From the NCBI GenBank assembly GCA_963716725.1, contig CAVQUB010000013.1, positions 96,001 to 160,000 on the forward strand: a DNA stretch of 64,000 nucleotides. Reading direction: 5' to 3'. The notes below the pieces were generated by a model. It searched no databases. It saw only the letters and a list, made by a program, of their open reading frames with translations, and was not told where the DNA came from. Numbering within the stretch: position 1 is the first letter of the stretch; every line of letters begins with the position of its first letter. Both the position numbers and the translations under genes were made by a program. Origin of the DNA: an uncultured delta proteobacterium. Its GTDB lineage: Bacteria > Myxococcota_A > Polyangia > Polyangiales > Polyangiaceae. Of the stretch, positions 42,930 through 52,692 are shown in pieces.

Positions 42930-43643
42930 TGCGATGGGGATCGCGCGCGCTCGCGCGCCGGCGAGAGAGGCGGTATCTACGGTGCCATGGTCCGATGGCC
43001 GTCGAAGATGGATGTTGCACGATGCTCCGTGTGGGTGGTGAAAACCCAACTTCACCGGCAGAATCGTGCTCACGCTGCGAGTCTCGTGTATCGGTGGTGC
43101 AATCCGCCGACCCTCGGAAGCTCGACGACGCGACCTACCGACGACCCTGGGACGACCCTGGGAAGTGCCCGGAGGGGCAAGTCCCTGACGAGGGAGCGAG
43201 GCTCGACGGGACGCGACTCCGGGCGGTCGTTGGCGAGGGCGTGGTGCGTCCGATCCGCGTGGTAGTAGCTGAGAAACTCATGAAGCGTCGGTCGCAGGTG
43301 GGCCTCGTTCCAGATGATCACGTGGTCGAGACAGTCGCGACGAGCCGTCCCGATCCAGCGCTCGCAGTATGGGTTTTGCCACGGCGAGCGGCAGGCCGTG
43401 AGCACTTCCTCGATTCCGAGATCGCCGATGCGCTTTCGCAGGAACGCGCCGTAAATGCTGTCGCACCTGTAGTTTCCCACGCTCTTCCCCCGCCCGAATC
43501 CCGGGCATTTTCGTGATGCCCTCGGGGTGGTTTCCCGGAGTGCGGTGGTCGAGTGGGCGTGGCGAGGTGGTGGCAGAAAGGGAGCGGCCCGACGGAGACG
43601 TGGATCTCCGCCGGGCCTTGTGGACCGTCGCCGGGCGCTGGGC

Positions 43644-44441
43644 TCAGGTGACTTCGGCCATGGCGGACTGGATGTGCTCGGTCGTGACGGTCCTGCTCTT
43701 GGTGAGCGCGGCGGCCATGAGCGCGTGGTGAGCGAGCAGGTTCACCTTCCGGGGCAGGCCGTTCGACGCCTGGAAGATCGCCTCCTGGGTTGCGGGCTCG
43801 AAGAGTTCGAGCTCGGTTCCGGCGAGTCGGAGCAGGTGCGTGAGGTACGGGCCGAGCTCGTCACGGGCAAGACCCGGGACGTGAGCGCGCACGACGACGC
43901 GCTGCGAGAGCGCCTCGTGCACCGCCATGCCGAGGCGGCGGCGCAGTTCCGGGTGTCCGACGAGGACCAGGCAGAGGCGGTTGTCGGAGTCCATCGCGTA
44001 GTTGGTGAGCAGGCGCAGGTCCTCGAGCACGTCGCTCCTGAGGTGATGAGCTTCGTCCACGATCAGGATCGGTTTCTGCCGGGCCTCGCTGCAGAGCCGC
44101 GTCACCTCGGTCCGGATCTGCCGGAACAGTGCGGCGCGGTTGCGCTCGGTGGGTAGGCCGATCTCCCAGGCGATGGTCTTGTAGAGATCCATCACGTTGC
44201 CGGTGGTGAGCGACACGTAGAGGACGCGGTGCAGACCCGTGTGGAGACCGGCGACGATCTTCCGACACGCGGTGGTCTTGCCGCTGCCGCTCTCACCGGT
44301 GACCACACCGATGCCGCGCAAGTCGAGGAGATGGGCGAGCCGGGCGTCGAGTTCTCGGAGCGCACCGGAGGCGAAGAGCTCGTCGGGCTCGATGTTTTTG
44401 GCGAAGGGGTGGCGGGTGAGGCCGAAGTGCTTGCGGTACAT
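43644..44441 (-). CDS. ExeA-like AAA ATPase (transposition helper)
   Basis: MYRKHFGLTRHPF, Walker A GESGSGKT, Walker B LIVDEAH, NGLPRKVN. Confidence 0.9.
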   Translation of the reverse strand: MYRKHFGLTRHPFAKNIEPDELFASGALRELDARLAHLLDLRGIGVVTGESGSGKTTACRKIVAGLHTGLHRVLYVSLTTGNVMDLYKTIAWEIGLPTERNRAALFRQIRTEVTRLCSEARQKPILIVDEAHHLRSDVLEDLRLLTNYAMDSDNRLCLVLVGHPELRRRLGMAVHEALSQRVVVRAHVPGLARDELGPYLTHLLRLAGTELELFEPATQEAIFQASNGLPRKVNLLAHHALMAAALTKSRTVTTEHIQSAMAEVT

Positions 44442-45844
44442 CAGAGGAGGTCCCCCTCGTCGTCGCCAGCGCCGCCCTGCTGGTTGTCCCCGACATCGAA
44501 GTCGAAGTCGCTCAAGCGCATGCCGGGGGGCGGCTCGTCCACGGGCTGAGATGGATGCAGGGCCTTCGTCGTGTGATCGCGTCGGACGAAACAGTTGGCG
44601 TAGACGTCGACACGGCGAGCGATCTGGATCTGCTTTCCGCGATGCCAGACCTGGACGGCACGTGTCTCTCGCGGACGCGCCGGATCGAAGCGAAGGACGA
44701 CGGTCTCGCCGACGAGCATCGCGTCCACTTCGTAGGCCACGCTGTCGAGCGACACGGTGCGGTCGGCCTGCACACGGCGCTTCTGCTCGAAGAGAAACAG
44801 ATCGGCGAGGTCGCTCGACGACTGGCGCACCTCGTCTGAGCGCATCGCCCAGCGATCCGCGGGCGTCTCACCGTCGAGTCCGCGGTGGGGACTCCGATGA
44901 TACTCACCCTCGACCCACGCCCAGAGACGGCGGTTGAGTGCTTCGAGACTCCGCCTGTCCTCGGGCTGGAGCGTCGGCAGGAGCTGAAGACGCACGGTCC
45001 GAAACCACCGCTCCATCTTTCCTTTTCCCTGGGGCGTGTAGGGACGCGCGTGGATCAAGGTGATGCCGAGCTTCGCGCACACGAGCGCCAGGTGCTGTGC
45101 TTTGAAGGCGGCACCGTTGTCGACGTAAAGCCGCTTGGGGATCCCGCGGCGGCAGATCCCTTGCTCGAGCACGCTGAGAAGGGTCGCGGCGTTCTCGCTG
45201 AGCGCGAAGGCCGCATACGGCACCATCCGTGTCGCGTCGTCGATGACGGCGAGCAGGTACGTCTTCCGCTGCCGCCCGGACACGGCGACGGCGGGGCCGT
45301 GCATCACGTCGCTCATCCACAGTTCGCCCGCCTTCTCGAAGGCGAAGCGTCGGCGGTCCTTCGCCGTCGGCTCGCCCTGCTTCTTCTGCATGAGTCCGGC
45401 CCGAGACAAGATCCGGTGCACCGTCGATGGCGCAAGCGTGACCCCCTCCGGGATCTTCGCGAAGCGCGTCACGTGCGCGATGACGAGTCCGACGCTGAAG
45501 TCCGCGTGCTGCTCTTTCGTCTCGCAGAGCAGATCCGCGATCTCCCGGGGAATGGCGCGAGCCGAGCCCTCGTCCCGTCGGATCTTCGGGACAAGGGCGT
45601 CGAAGCCGCCGCGTCGGTAGTCCGCAAGCCATCCGCGGATCGTTTCGGCCTGGACCTTCCGCCGGAGCGTTCCGGGGATCTCCCAGTCCTTCTCCGCCTT
45701 CTCGCGCAGCTTCGCGTACATGCCGCGCGCACCGCGCTCGAGGTGGAGCAGATCTGCGATCACGCCATAACGGAACAGCGCGATCTGCTTTCTGCGCTCG
45801 GCGTCAGCGAGCGTGCGTTCGTTTTCGGGGGTCGGTGTCCTCAT
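44441..45844 (-). CDS. DDE transposase with a Mu-like C-terminal domain
   Basis: LWMSDVMHGP, YVDNGAAF, PQGKGKMERWF. Confidence 0.92.
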   Translation of the reverse strand: MRTPTPENERTLADAERRKQIALFRYGVIADLLHLERGARGMYAKLREKAEKDWEIPGTLRRKVQAETIRGWLADYRRGGFDALVPKIRRDEGSARAIPREIADLLCETKEQHADFSVGLVIAHVTRFAKIPEGVTLAPSTVHRILSRAGLMQKKQGEPTAKDRRRFAFEKAGELWMSDVMHGPAVAVSGRQRKTYLLAVIDDATRMVPYAAFALSENAATLLSVLEQGICRRGIPKRLYVDNGAAFKAQHLALVCAKLGITLIHARPYTPQGKGKMERWFRTVRLQLLPTLQPEDRRSLEALNRRLWAWVEGEYHRSPHRGLDGETPADRWAMRSDEVRQSSSDLADLFLFEQKRRVQADRTVSLDSVAYEVDAMLVGETVVLRFDPARPRETRAVQVWHRGKQIQIARRVDVYANCFVRRDHTTKALHPSQPVDEPPPGMRLSDFDFDVGDNQQGGAGDDEGDLL

Positions 45845-45895
45845 CGGAGTTCTCTTTCGGTGTCGGCCCGGGTCCGTCCCGGGCACACCAACCCG

Positions 45896-46573
45896 CTATC
45901 GGTCCCGCCGAGGAGGGTCCGGCCCCGTTTCGTGTGGGGTCGGCTCTCGCGATGCTTGCCGCGCTCGCCCTCGCGCCCGCAGTCCGACCGGCGCTGGCAT
46001 GGCGGCCAGGTGAATGGCCGCGGCCGACCGCAGCGCCACGAGCGCATCCGACACCCCGAGTCGTTGCCGCACCGCGCCAAGCGTCGCCGGGCAGCCCGTG
46101 AGCGCCGGCACCAGCGTCACTGCCGCCACGAGCGCCGCGTGGACAGCAACACGCCGCCGCCGGAGCCACCGCAGCGCGCTTGGAAGCGTCACCGCGTCCG
46201 CTGCGATCGCGGGGCGCACCTTCTCGGCGACCGCCTCCAGACTCTTGGCGCCCTCGGCCACCTCGACGGCCCGCTCGACCTCCTCGAGCGTGCCCGACAG
46301 TCGGGAAGCCAGAAAATCAGGCAAAAGGCTGATAGTCACCCGAGCCCGCGGGCACCAGAACCGGGCGACGCGGACGCCGACGGGGCGGACCCGACCGTAG
46401 CTCCCGTGCCCCGCGAGACCGCAGCCGCCCTCCGGGTGCAGCGGGCACCGCTCCAAACTTGCGGCCCGCCACGCCTGCTCGGTAACGTACCGCTCGCTGG
46501 TGAGGGTCGTCTCGTAACGGACAACCAATCCTTCGCTGGCCGGGTCCGTGCGGGTGCTACCGCGACGGACCAA
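45896..46573 (-). CDS. Transposon accessory protein (DUF6431-like Zn-finger/HTH); start uncertain
   Basis: CPLHPEGGC..HGSYGR...RFWCP...SLLPDFL; first gene inside the element. Confidence 0.6.
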   Translation of the reverse strand: MVRRGSTRTDPASEGLVVRYETTLTSERYVTEQAWRAASLERCPLHPEGGCGLAGHGSYGRVRPVGVRVARFWCPRARVTISLLPDFLASRLSGTLEEVERAVEVAEGAKSLEAVAEKVRPAIAADAVTLPSALRWLRRRRVAVHAALVAAVTLVPALTGCPATLGAVRQRLGVSDALVALRSAAAIHLAAMPAPVGLRARGRARQASREPTPHETGPDPPRRDR

Positions 46574-47244
46574 CCTTCTCCGGCGATCAGCTTTCCGCGG
46601 ATCAGCCTCTCAGGAAAAAAGAACGGCGAAGCTCTCCGGAGTCCGAACCCGGCTCACCCGAAACAACGAGCGCCCAGACCGACACCACGACCGCGGGGGA
46701 TCACGACGGAGGGTGACGGCCTACAGCACCCCTTCGGGTATCCCTCGCCAGGGACTTCCCAGGGTCGTCGCGCAGCGCGTCGGTCTCGCATGAGAAACCT
46801 CGGGGCCGTGTCGAATGGAAAGGCCTGGACCACCTGCTGCGCAGTCCACTGCGCCGACGGGCTCGCGGTGACGTTGAAGTACACGACGCGCCTGCGCTCG
46901 TGCGAAACGATGACGAGCACGTACAGAATGCGAAAGGTCGCGGTCACGACCACGAAGAAGTCCATGCCGACGGTGCAGTCCAGGTGGTTCTCGAGGAACG
47001 TCCGCCATTCTTGGGACGGCGGCCCTCGACGTTTTGGCTTGTACTTCCGCACCGTCGAGTCGCTGACGCGGACTCCGATCTTGGCTAGCTCGGCTTGGAT
47101 CCGGGGCCTGCCCCAGGTCGGGTTCGCGAGCCAGTCGTCTGAATGACCGGTCACGTTGCGAGTCATCGCTGAAGCGTGCACCCGGATCGAGATCGACGGG
47201 AAAGCAACGCGAACGAGCACGCGCATCACCCGTGTCGACGTTCG

Positions 47245-47724
47245 CTACCGTCTCGATGCTGCGCGCGCTGGCGGCGGAACCGACAGCGACCGCGTTGCCT
47301 CGAATCCGAGCGTGACGTTCAGTCCAAGTGCTTTGCCGACTCTTTCGAGCGTTGCAAGCGTCGGGTTCTCGTCTGGGTCCTCCAACTTCGCAATCTGCTG
47401 TTGGCTCACCTTTGCGCGTTTTCCCAGCTCCGCTTGCGAAAGCCCAGCGTCATCTCGCGCCCACCGAATCGAGAGCGCCGCTGCAAGCCCAGGTCGCACG
47501 TCGATCCGTGCGAGCCTTCTACCGGCCGGGGCGGTATTGCGATCCACGGGCCGCGGCGGGATCTGCCCATCGATCAAGTGCGCCTCGAGCCATCCCTCGA
47601 GGGCCTCGGTTGCCGCCGATGCGAGTTCATCGCTGCTTTGTGCGAACGTCTGACATCCCGGGCAATCGGGAAACTCCGCCAGAATGTGTTTACCCTCGCG
47701 ATAGATGAATGCGGCGTACTGCAT
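47245..47724 (-). CDS. hicB: HicB antitoxin with a C-terminal XRE HTH
   Basis: AEFPDCPGCQTFAQS...ATEALEGWL; GLSQAELGKRAKVSQQQIAKLE. Confidence 0.9.
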   Translation of the reverse strand: MQYAAFIYREGKHILAEFPDCPGCQTFAQSSDELASAATEALEGWLEAHLIDGQIPPRPVDRNTAPAGRRLARIDVRPGLAAALSIRWARDDAGLSQAELGKRAKVSQQQIAKLEDPDENPTLATLERVGKALGLNVTLGFEATRSLSVPPPARAASRR

Positions 47725-47746
47725 GGCGCGTCTCTTTCTTGCGGTT

Positions 47747-47935
47747 CTAGGTGAGCCTGACTCCCGACTGCTTCTCGATGTTCTTGAGCGTGCCGATTGG
47801 GATTTCTCGCTTGGGGTGCGGCACGGTAGTGATCCCAGAACGGTGGCTGTGCTTGAAGTGCTGATGGCTTCCCTTGGTTCGGACGTGCGTCCAACCGGCG
47901 GCCTTGATGCGTTTGATCACCTCCGCCGACGACAC
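47747..47935 (-). CDS. hicA: HicA toxin
   Basis: GWTHVRTKGSHQHFKH...TVPHPKREIPIGTLKNIEKQSG. Confidence 0.92.
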   Translation of the reverse strand: MSSAEVIKRIKAAGWTHVRTKGSHQHFKHSHRSGITTVPHPKREIPIGTLKNIEKQSGVRLT

Positions 47936-47965
47936 CGAATCAAGATACAACCTATAAGTAGTAAG

Positions 47966-48223
47966 TCAAGGAGGGCGCTGGTCGGGTCCGCAAGAGCACA
48001 TCAACTGCAAGAAGGCTCTCGGGCTTCCCGTCGGAACCTGGCCGACGCCAGCCACACCCCCGAACGGAGGAAAACGGCGGGGCGCATCGAGAACGTCGCG
48101 CGTGCGTTGCCGCATCTCCGCGATAAACTCGAAGCCGAGGCCCGGCACGCTCTCGCCACAGCCGTCAGCCGCTTCCTCGAGCTCGGCCTCCGCTTGCGGC
48201 TCGACCAGGAGCCTTGCGGTCAT
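47966..48223 (-). pseudogene. RelE/ParE toxin with a degenerate C-terminus
   Basis: EPQAEAELEEAAD...GLGFEFIAEM...P; the expected FPY/IY region is missing. Confidence 0.65.
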
Positions 48224-48450
48224 CTCGCCTTGAGCTTGGACTCAATGCGGTCGAACACTTCGTCAGCCGGTTTGCCCTGCGATTGTCCCGACTTCACACG
48301 CTCGGCGCGATGTGCGATCTCGGCCGCCCACTCCTCCGCAAGGCTCGCAACCGATTCTTTGGGCGCAATGGCATCGACGACAACGCGACGCTCGTCCTCG
48401 GATAGTTCCGATGCGAGAGCGATGAGCTTGCGGACCGCCGCGGTAGACAC
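48220..48450 (-). CDS. Addiction-module antitoxin
   Basis: LSEDER...EEWAAEIAHRAERVKSG...PADEVF; overlaps the toxin start (ATGA). Confidence 0.75.
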   Translation of the reverse strand: MSTAAVRKLIALASELSEDERRVVVDAIAPKESVASLAEEWAAEIAHRAERVKSGQSQGKPADEVFDRIESKLKAR

Positions 48451-48632
48451 GACGAAATCTTGCTCGCTCCAACCCCGTATGTCGAGGCGATTGGCCGCTG
48501 GCTCACTGGCGAGCCGAAACCAGCCGCCCTTCCGAACGCTCCCGATCCCGGGGGCCGTCGTCCGGCCTCGCGCGGTGAGGCCCGGACCCGCGGAGCCTCG
48601 CCACACACGCCTCTGGCGCAAGCTCCGCGTGG

Positions 48633-49139
48633 TCAAGAAGCTCCGGGACTGCAGCCCCGCAACGACGCCGTCTTCCCCATTCGGGCGTGAGCCCGAATTT
48701 CGGGGAAGACCGACGCCGCAAAGCGGCGGCGAGTTGGGGCAGGAAGAGTGTTCAGGAGTGACCGAGAGACGCAGGGACGCGGAGAACGCGGAGCACGCAG
48801 GGGGAAATTCTGGAAGCTCTCGGCGACCGCGTTGTCCCAGCCGTCGCGAGCTTCGCTGCCCTCGCACCGATTGCGAAAGGTCGCATCTGGAACCGCCTCC
48901 ATCGTTTCGAGCCAGAACCTCCCCGCCGGCAGCTTCGGCGGCCCCAGGCACATCGACGCGGTCCGATACATGTTCGTCGGATCCGACTCGAAACAACCCC
49001 CAAACGCTCCCGGGGAGCCCGGCTGGCCGGGACCCGAGCCGTCACCGTCGTGGTGTCGTTGGGCTCGGCCCGAGCCGCAACCCGTCGCCACCACGCCCCA
49101 AAGCACGACCCCAAAGAGTGCACGAAGCATGTGCGCCAT
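48633..49139 (-). CDS. Possible small lipoprotein
   Basis: MAHMLRALFGVVLWGVVATGC signal/lipobox; the 3' end runs into the REP-like repeat. Confidence 0.4.
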   Translation of the reverse strand: MAHMLRALFGVVLWGVVATGCGSGRAQRHHDGDGSGPGQPGSPGAFGGCFESDPTNMYRTASMCLGPPKLPAGRFWLETMEAVPDATFRNRCEGSEARDGWDNAVAESFQNFPLRAPRSPRPCVSRSLLNTLPAPTRRRFAASVFPEIRAHARMGKTASLRGCSPGAS

Positions 49140-49339
49140 TGCTTGGATGAGCCTACCACGACGGCTACTTCGAGCCCCGCGCGCGCGCTGCGACCCCACG
49201 TCGCGCCCGCGCCTCGGTCCCCCACCGCCTGCAAGAGACGTTTGCCGCTCTCTCCGCCGACGTACACGCGCACGCCGAGCCCGCCTTCGGTGCCTGTGAG
49301 CCAGAGCCGCCGGTAGTCCCGCGCAACCGGCGCGGCCAT

Positions 49340-49540
49340 TTACCACTCGGACGCGCGCCGTCGAGCCAAGTGCCGTTGCGCGAGCCCGCGTCGGCGACGG
49401 ACAACACGCCGCCGGCGCGATCGATCGAGAGGTGCTTGGACGAGACCTTTTCGTCCGCGCGCTCCGCCGCGGCCAACCAGTCACGACCGACGACGGATCC
49501 CGAATCCGGCACTGGCAGTGCGGGGGGGCGCGGGAACGCA
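49340..49540 (-). pseudogene. FHA-domain fragment
   Basis: VVGRDW...DEKVSSKHLSI...VADAGSRNGTWLDG split across frames. Confidence 0.65.
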
Positions 49541-49761
49541 CAGACGAGCGCAGGCCGCAGCGCGCCCGTTTTCGGCGGAGACGGCCCACGGAACTCGCCG
49601 GTGCTCGACGGTGCTCGCCCTGTCACCTGAGATGCGCCCGCAAAGTGCCACGCGGCCAACGTCGAACCAAGGACTCAAAACAGCGGCTTGCCGTCGATAC
49701 CACGGGCGTTTTGTCGCCAGCGCTCGCGCCTCGCTGCGCGATCCCTGGTATCTAGCGCGAC

Positions 49762-50526
49762 ATGCGCAAGCTGATTTCGCTGTTGTGCGTCGCGGCGATG
49801 TCCTGCGCCGGCGGCGGTGTGGCGCCGACCGCTACGCCTCGCGAGCCAGCGCCGACGCCGACGCCGAAACCGAAACCGAAACCAGGCGTGGCGCCGTGTG
49901 GTGGTTCGCAAATGCCTTCGCCGGACGCGGATCACCTCGCGGCGGTCAAGGCGGCGCGTGCAGCGCGTGAGGCGGGCGCAGTGACGGGCTCGAGCGGCTT
50001 CTATCAGGTAGTGCTACCCCCGGGCTTCCGGCGTGACGACCGGGCTCCGCAGTTCGAAGAAGGGGAAATCAACCCGGGGCGGGTGCACGCGTTTACGCAT
50101 TCGTCAACGGACACCTACGTGTTTGTCGAAGTGAGGCGACACCCCGCGGTGGCGACGACAAAGAGCTCCAGCCTACGCACATGGGCGGAAGCCGTGCTTT
50201 GGAAGTTCGAACCGCTCGCGAAAGATTCGGTCGGAAGCAGCGCAGGCTTCATCGATCACGTGCCGGTGTACTTCGCGGCGTGGCGCGACTCCAAGGGTCG
50301 CCGAAACATCGAAAATGCGTATGTGCAGAAGGGCTGCGAGCGCGGAGAAATCTACGAGCGCTTCGTCGAAGTCGCCGGCGCACTGCTGCGCGTCACGGTG
50401 GACATCAACGGCATGGCCACGCCATCCGAGGCGGCCCCTTGGCTCGACGTTTTTTTCGACGCGCCGCTCGGAACGTCGGCCCCCGCGGAGCGTCGCTTCG
50501 CCTACGGGCTGAGCACCAATCTGTGA
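49762..50526 (+). CDS. Hypothetical lipoprotein
   Basis: MRKLISLLCVAAMSC signal, PT/PK linker. Confidence 0.7.
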   Translation: MRKLISLLCVAAMSCAGGGVAPTATPREPAPTPTPKPKPKPGVAPCGGSQMPSPDADHLAAVKAARAAREAGAVTGSSGFYQVVLPPGFRRDDRAPQFEEGEINPGRVHAFTHSSTDTYVFVEVRRHPAVATTKSSSLRTWAEAVLWKFEPLAKDSVGSSAGFIDHVPVYFAAWRDSKGRRNIENAYVQKGCERGEIYERFVEVAGALLRVTVDINGMATPSEAAPWLDVFFDAPLGTSAPAERRFAYGLSTNL

Positions 50527-50773
50527 TTCGCCGGACTGGGTCTCGAACTCGTCCCCGCCGATCTGGACCGGTAGCACCGCACGGCACCGACGTTGTCGGG
50601 GATGCACCCGTTGCGTGAGTCCGGAACGGATTGCGCAGTTCGTGCGCGTTCTCGCGGCCAACGACTCGATGGCGGCGAGCGCGCCGAGCGGCCGTCGCCC
50701 TCGAGGGACGCACGCTCGAAGCCGTGATACTCCGTCGGGACCTAAGGGGGGTTTTCGCGAGGAGTAGAGACCC

Positions 50774-51220
50774 ATGCGAGTCTGGTTGTTGGCGATTGCG
50801 ATCTCAGTGCCGTTGGCGTGCAGCAAGAAGGAAGCGGGAAACGAGCAGCCCGCTTCGACGCTGGGCGCGGCGGCGCCTTCGGCGATTCCCCTCGCGCCAG
50901 CCACGGTCGCGACCCCAGGCACGCTCGCTGCGCCTCCGGGCGCGCCTCCCACCGCGGGCAAGCTGCTTGGAAGTTGCGCTATCGCCGGCGTGGCTTGCTC
51001 GGACTACTACGGTTCGAGTGACGTGACGCCGGTGAAGTCAGCGTGCGAAGCCGTGGGCAAGTGGAACCCCGGCGCCTGCCCGGCGGGCGGCGTAGGAACG
51101 TGCACGAAGACGGAGCCCGGCGGGATAGTCAACAAGACCCACAGCTATCCACCTGGCACAGCTGCGACGTCCAAGATGGCCTGTGACAACACGCCGGGTG
51201 GGGTGTTCTCGGGCGGATAG
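50774..51220 (+). CDS. Small Cys-rich lipoprotein
   Basis: MRVWLLAIAISVPLAC lipobox; six further Cys. Confidence 0.75.
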   Translation: MRVWLLAIAISVPLACSKKEAGNEQPASTLGAAAPSAIPLAPATVATPGTLAAPPGAPPTAGKLLGSCAIAGVACSDYYGSSDVTPVKSACEAVGKWNPGACPAGGVGTCTKTEPGGIVNKTHSYPPGTAATSKMACDNTPGGVFSGG

Positions 51221-51377
51221 AGTCCGCTGACCCCTGCGCCGTTGCGGCGCAAGGGCGTGATCGCTCACGACGCAAGCTCGGTGGCGCGGGCGGCGGTGCC
51301 GTCGTCCAGGATCCCGAGGGCGGTGCCGCTGGTCGCGTAGTTCGACCAGCGGTCAGCCCATCACCCGCGGGCTGCGG

Positions 51378-52433
51378 TCAGCTGCATTCGCCCGCGGTGC
51401 AGTGCACGCTCGGGAGCTGGCACTCCATGCCGTCGCTCGACGCGATGAACGACGGAGCGCCCTGCTCGATTATCCCGTCTTTGCAGTAGTCGGGCGGCAG
51501 CGGAGAAAACTGCGGGCACGCTCCCGCATCGCGAGTCACGCAGTGCACGCTGGGCATCTGGCACTCCATCCCGCCTGCGGCGGCGAGGTATTTCGGGGGC
51601 CCGACCACTACATCGCCGTCCTTGCAGAACCCGGGGGGCAATGGGGACAACTGCGGGCAGCCGCTCGAGTCCTTCGTCACGCAATGCTGCTTGGCCTTGG
51701 TGCACTCGAAGCCACTTCCAGCACTCGCGAACTCGGTCTCGGTCACGAGCGTACCGTCGGCGCAAAACGCGGGTGGCGTGCAGGCGTTCGCGTCGTTGGT
51801 CACACAGTGAACGCTGGGCAACTCGCACTCCATGCCATCGGCTGATGGGATGAAGGACGACGCGCCCTTCACGGCCTTGCCGTCTTTGCAGAAATTCGGC
51901 GGAAGTGGCGAGAGCTGCGGGCACGCGAAGCCGTCCTTGGTGACGCAGTGAACGCTGGGCATCTGGCAGGCCTTGCCGTCGCTCGAAGGAACGAACGAGT
52001 CCGCTCCCTTGACCGCGGTGCCGTCTTTGCAGAAGTCGGGCGGAAGCGGCGAGAGCTGCGGGCACGCGAAGCCATCGTCTGTCACGCAATGCGCGACGGA
52101 ACCCACACACTCCTTGCCGTCGGTCGAGTCGGAGAACGCTGCCGTCTCAACGACCTTTCCCCCGACACACCCGGTCGCGCCATCGCAGACCTTGGCCTTG
52201 TCGCTACAACAGTCCCCGAAGGTCTCGCACTTGGAATCGCACCAGCAGTTGCCGTCGGACTTGCCGCCGCAGCGGCTCTCGCTCGGGCCTTGGCACGATC
52301 CGGTCGAGTCCGCCTTGCCGATCGGAGCGCGGTCATCGACCTGCTTCGAGCCGGCGGGGTCGTCGGACGTCTCTGCGCTGCACGCCACGACCAAGAGAGG
52401 CAGAAGAACGGCGTATTTTGCGAGGAACTTCAT
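51378..52433 (-). CDS. Lipoprotein with a somatomedin-B-like domain and ~6 Cys-rich repeats
   Basis: VVAC lipobox, GKAD, SCQG..RCG...CWCDSKCETFGDCCSD; repeats HCVTxDxxxCPQLSPLPPxFCKDG. Confidence 0.8.
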   Translation of the reverse strand: MKFLAKYAVLLPLLVVACSAETSDDPAGSKQVDDRAPIGKADSTGSCQGPSESRCGGKSDGNCWCDSKCETFGDCCSDKAKVCDGATGCVGGKVVETAAFSDSTDGKECVGSVAHCVTDDGFACPQLSPLPPDFCKDGTAVKGADSFVPSSDGKACQMPSVHCVTKDGFACPQLSPLPPNFCKDGKAVKGASSFIPSADGMECELPSVHCVTNDANACTPPAFCADGTLVTETEFASAGSGFECTKAKQHCVTKDSSGCPQLSPLPPGFCKDGDVVVGPPKYLAAAGGMECQMPSVHCVTRDAGACPQFSPLPPDYCKDGIIEQGAPSFIASSDGMECQLPSVHCTAGECS

Positions 52434-52692
52434 GGGGCCACCTGTAGAGATATGTGGGGACGATGCGCCCCGGGACCGACATACACCTACATACGCCTGC
52501 CCAAGCCGTCAATCGTAATCGGCAGTGGCCTGGCCCCTGGCGGCGCTTGCGCTTGGAGGCGGCGGAGAGGGCGCTACTGCTTCACCGGGAGCTTGTCCGC
52601 AACCGAACAAGTACCGAGCGAGCGTAAGCGCGATGGGCCGCCCGCGCCGTTGCAGCAGCCCGGATGCGAAGCGGAAGCGGGCCATGGCGTCG

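Larger units (their letters stand above)
43468..46725 (-). mobile_element. Three-gene TG...CA transposon (DDE/Mu-like transposase plus ExeA-like ATPase), 3258 bp
   Basis: Ends TGTAG.../...CTACA; 5-bp direct repeat GCACC at 43463-43467 and 46726-46730; subterminal TCGTGATSCCC repeats at both ends. Confidence 0.9.
43030..47135 (-). mobile_element. Integrase-core IS (5'-truncated), interrupted by the 43468-46725 transposon; inverted relative to the 34226-34811 copy
   Basis: The N-part (46726-47135: WGRPRIQAEL...DFFVV) and C-part (43070-43467) rejoin across the GCACC duplication; end TGTGGGTGGTGAAAACCC at 43030. Confidence 0.85.

Noticed and set aside
43644..44441. Type II secretion ExeA gene
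   Set aside because: It lies inside a TSD-bounded transposon, coupled to the transposase, with no secretion genes nearby.
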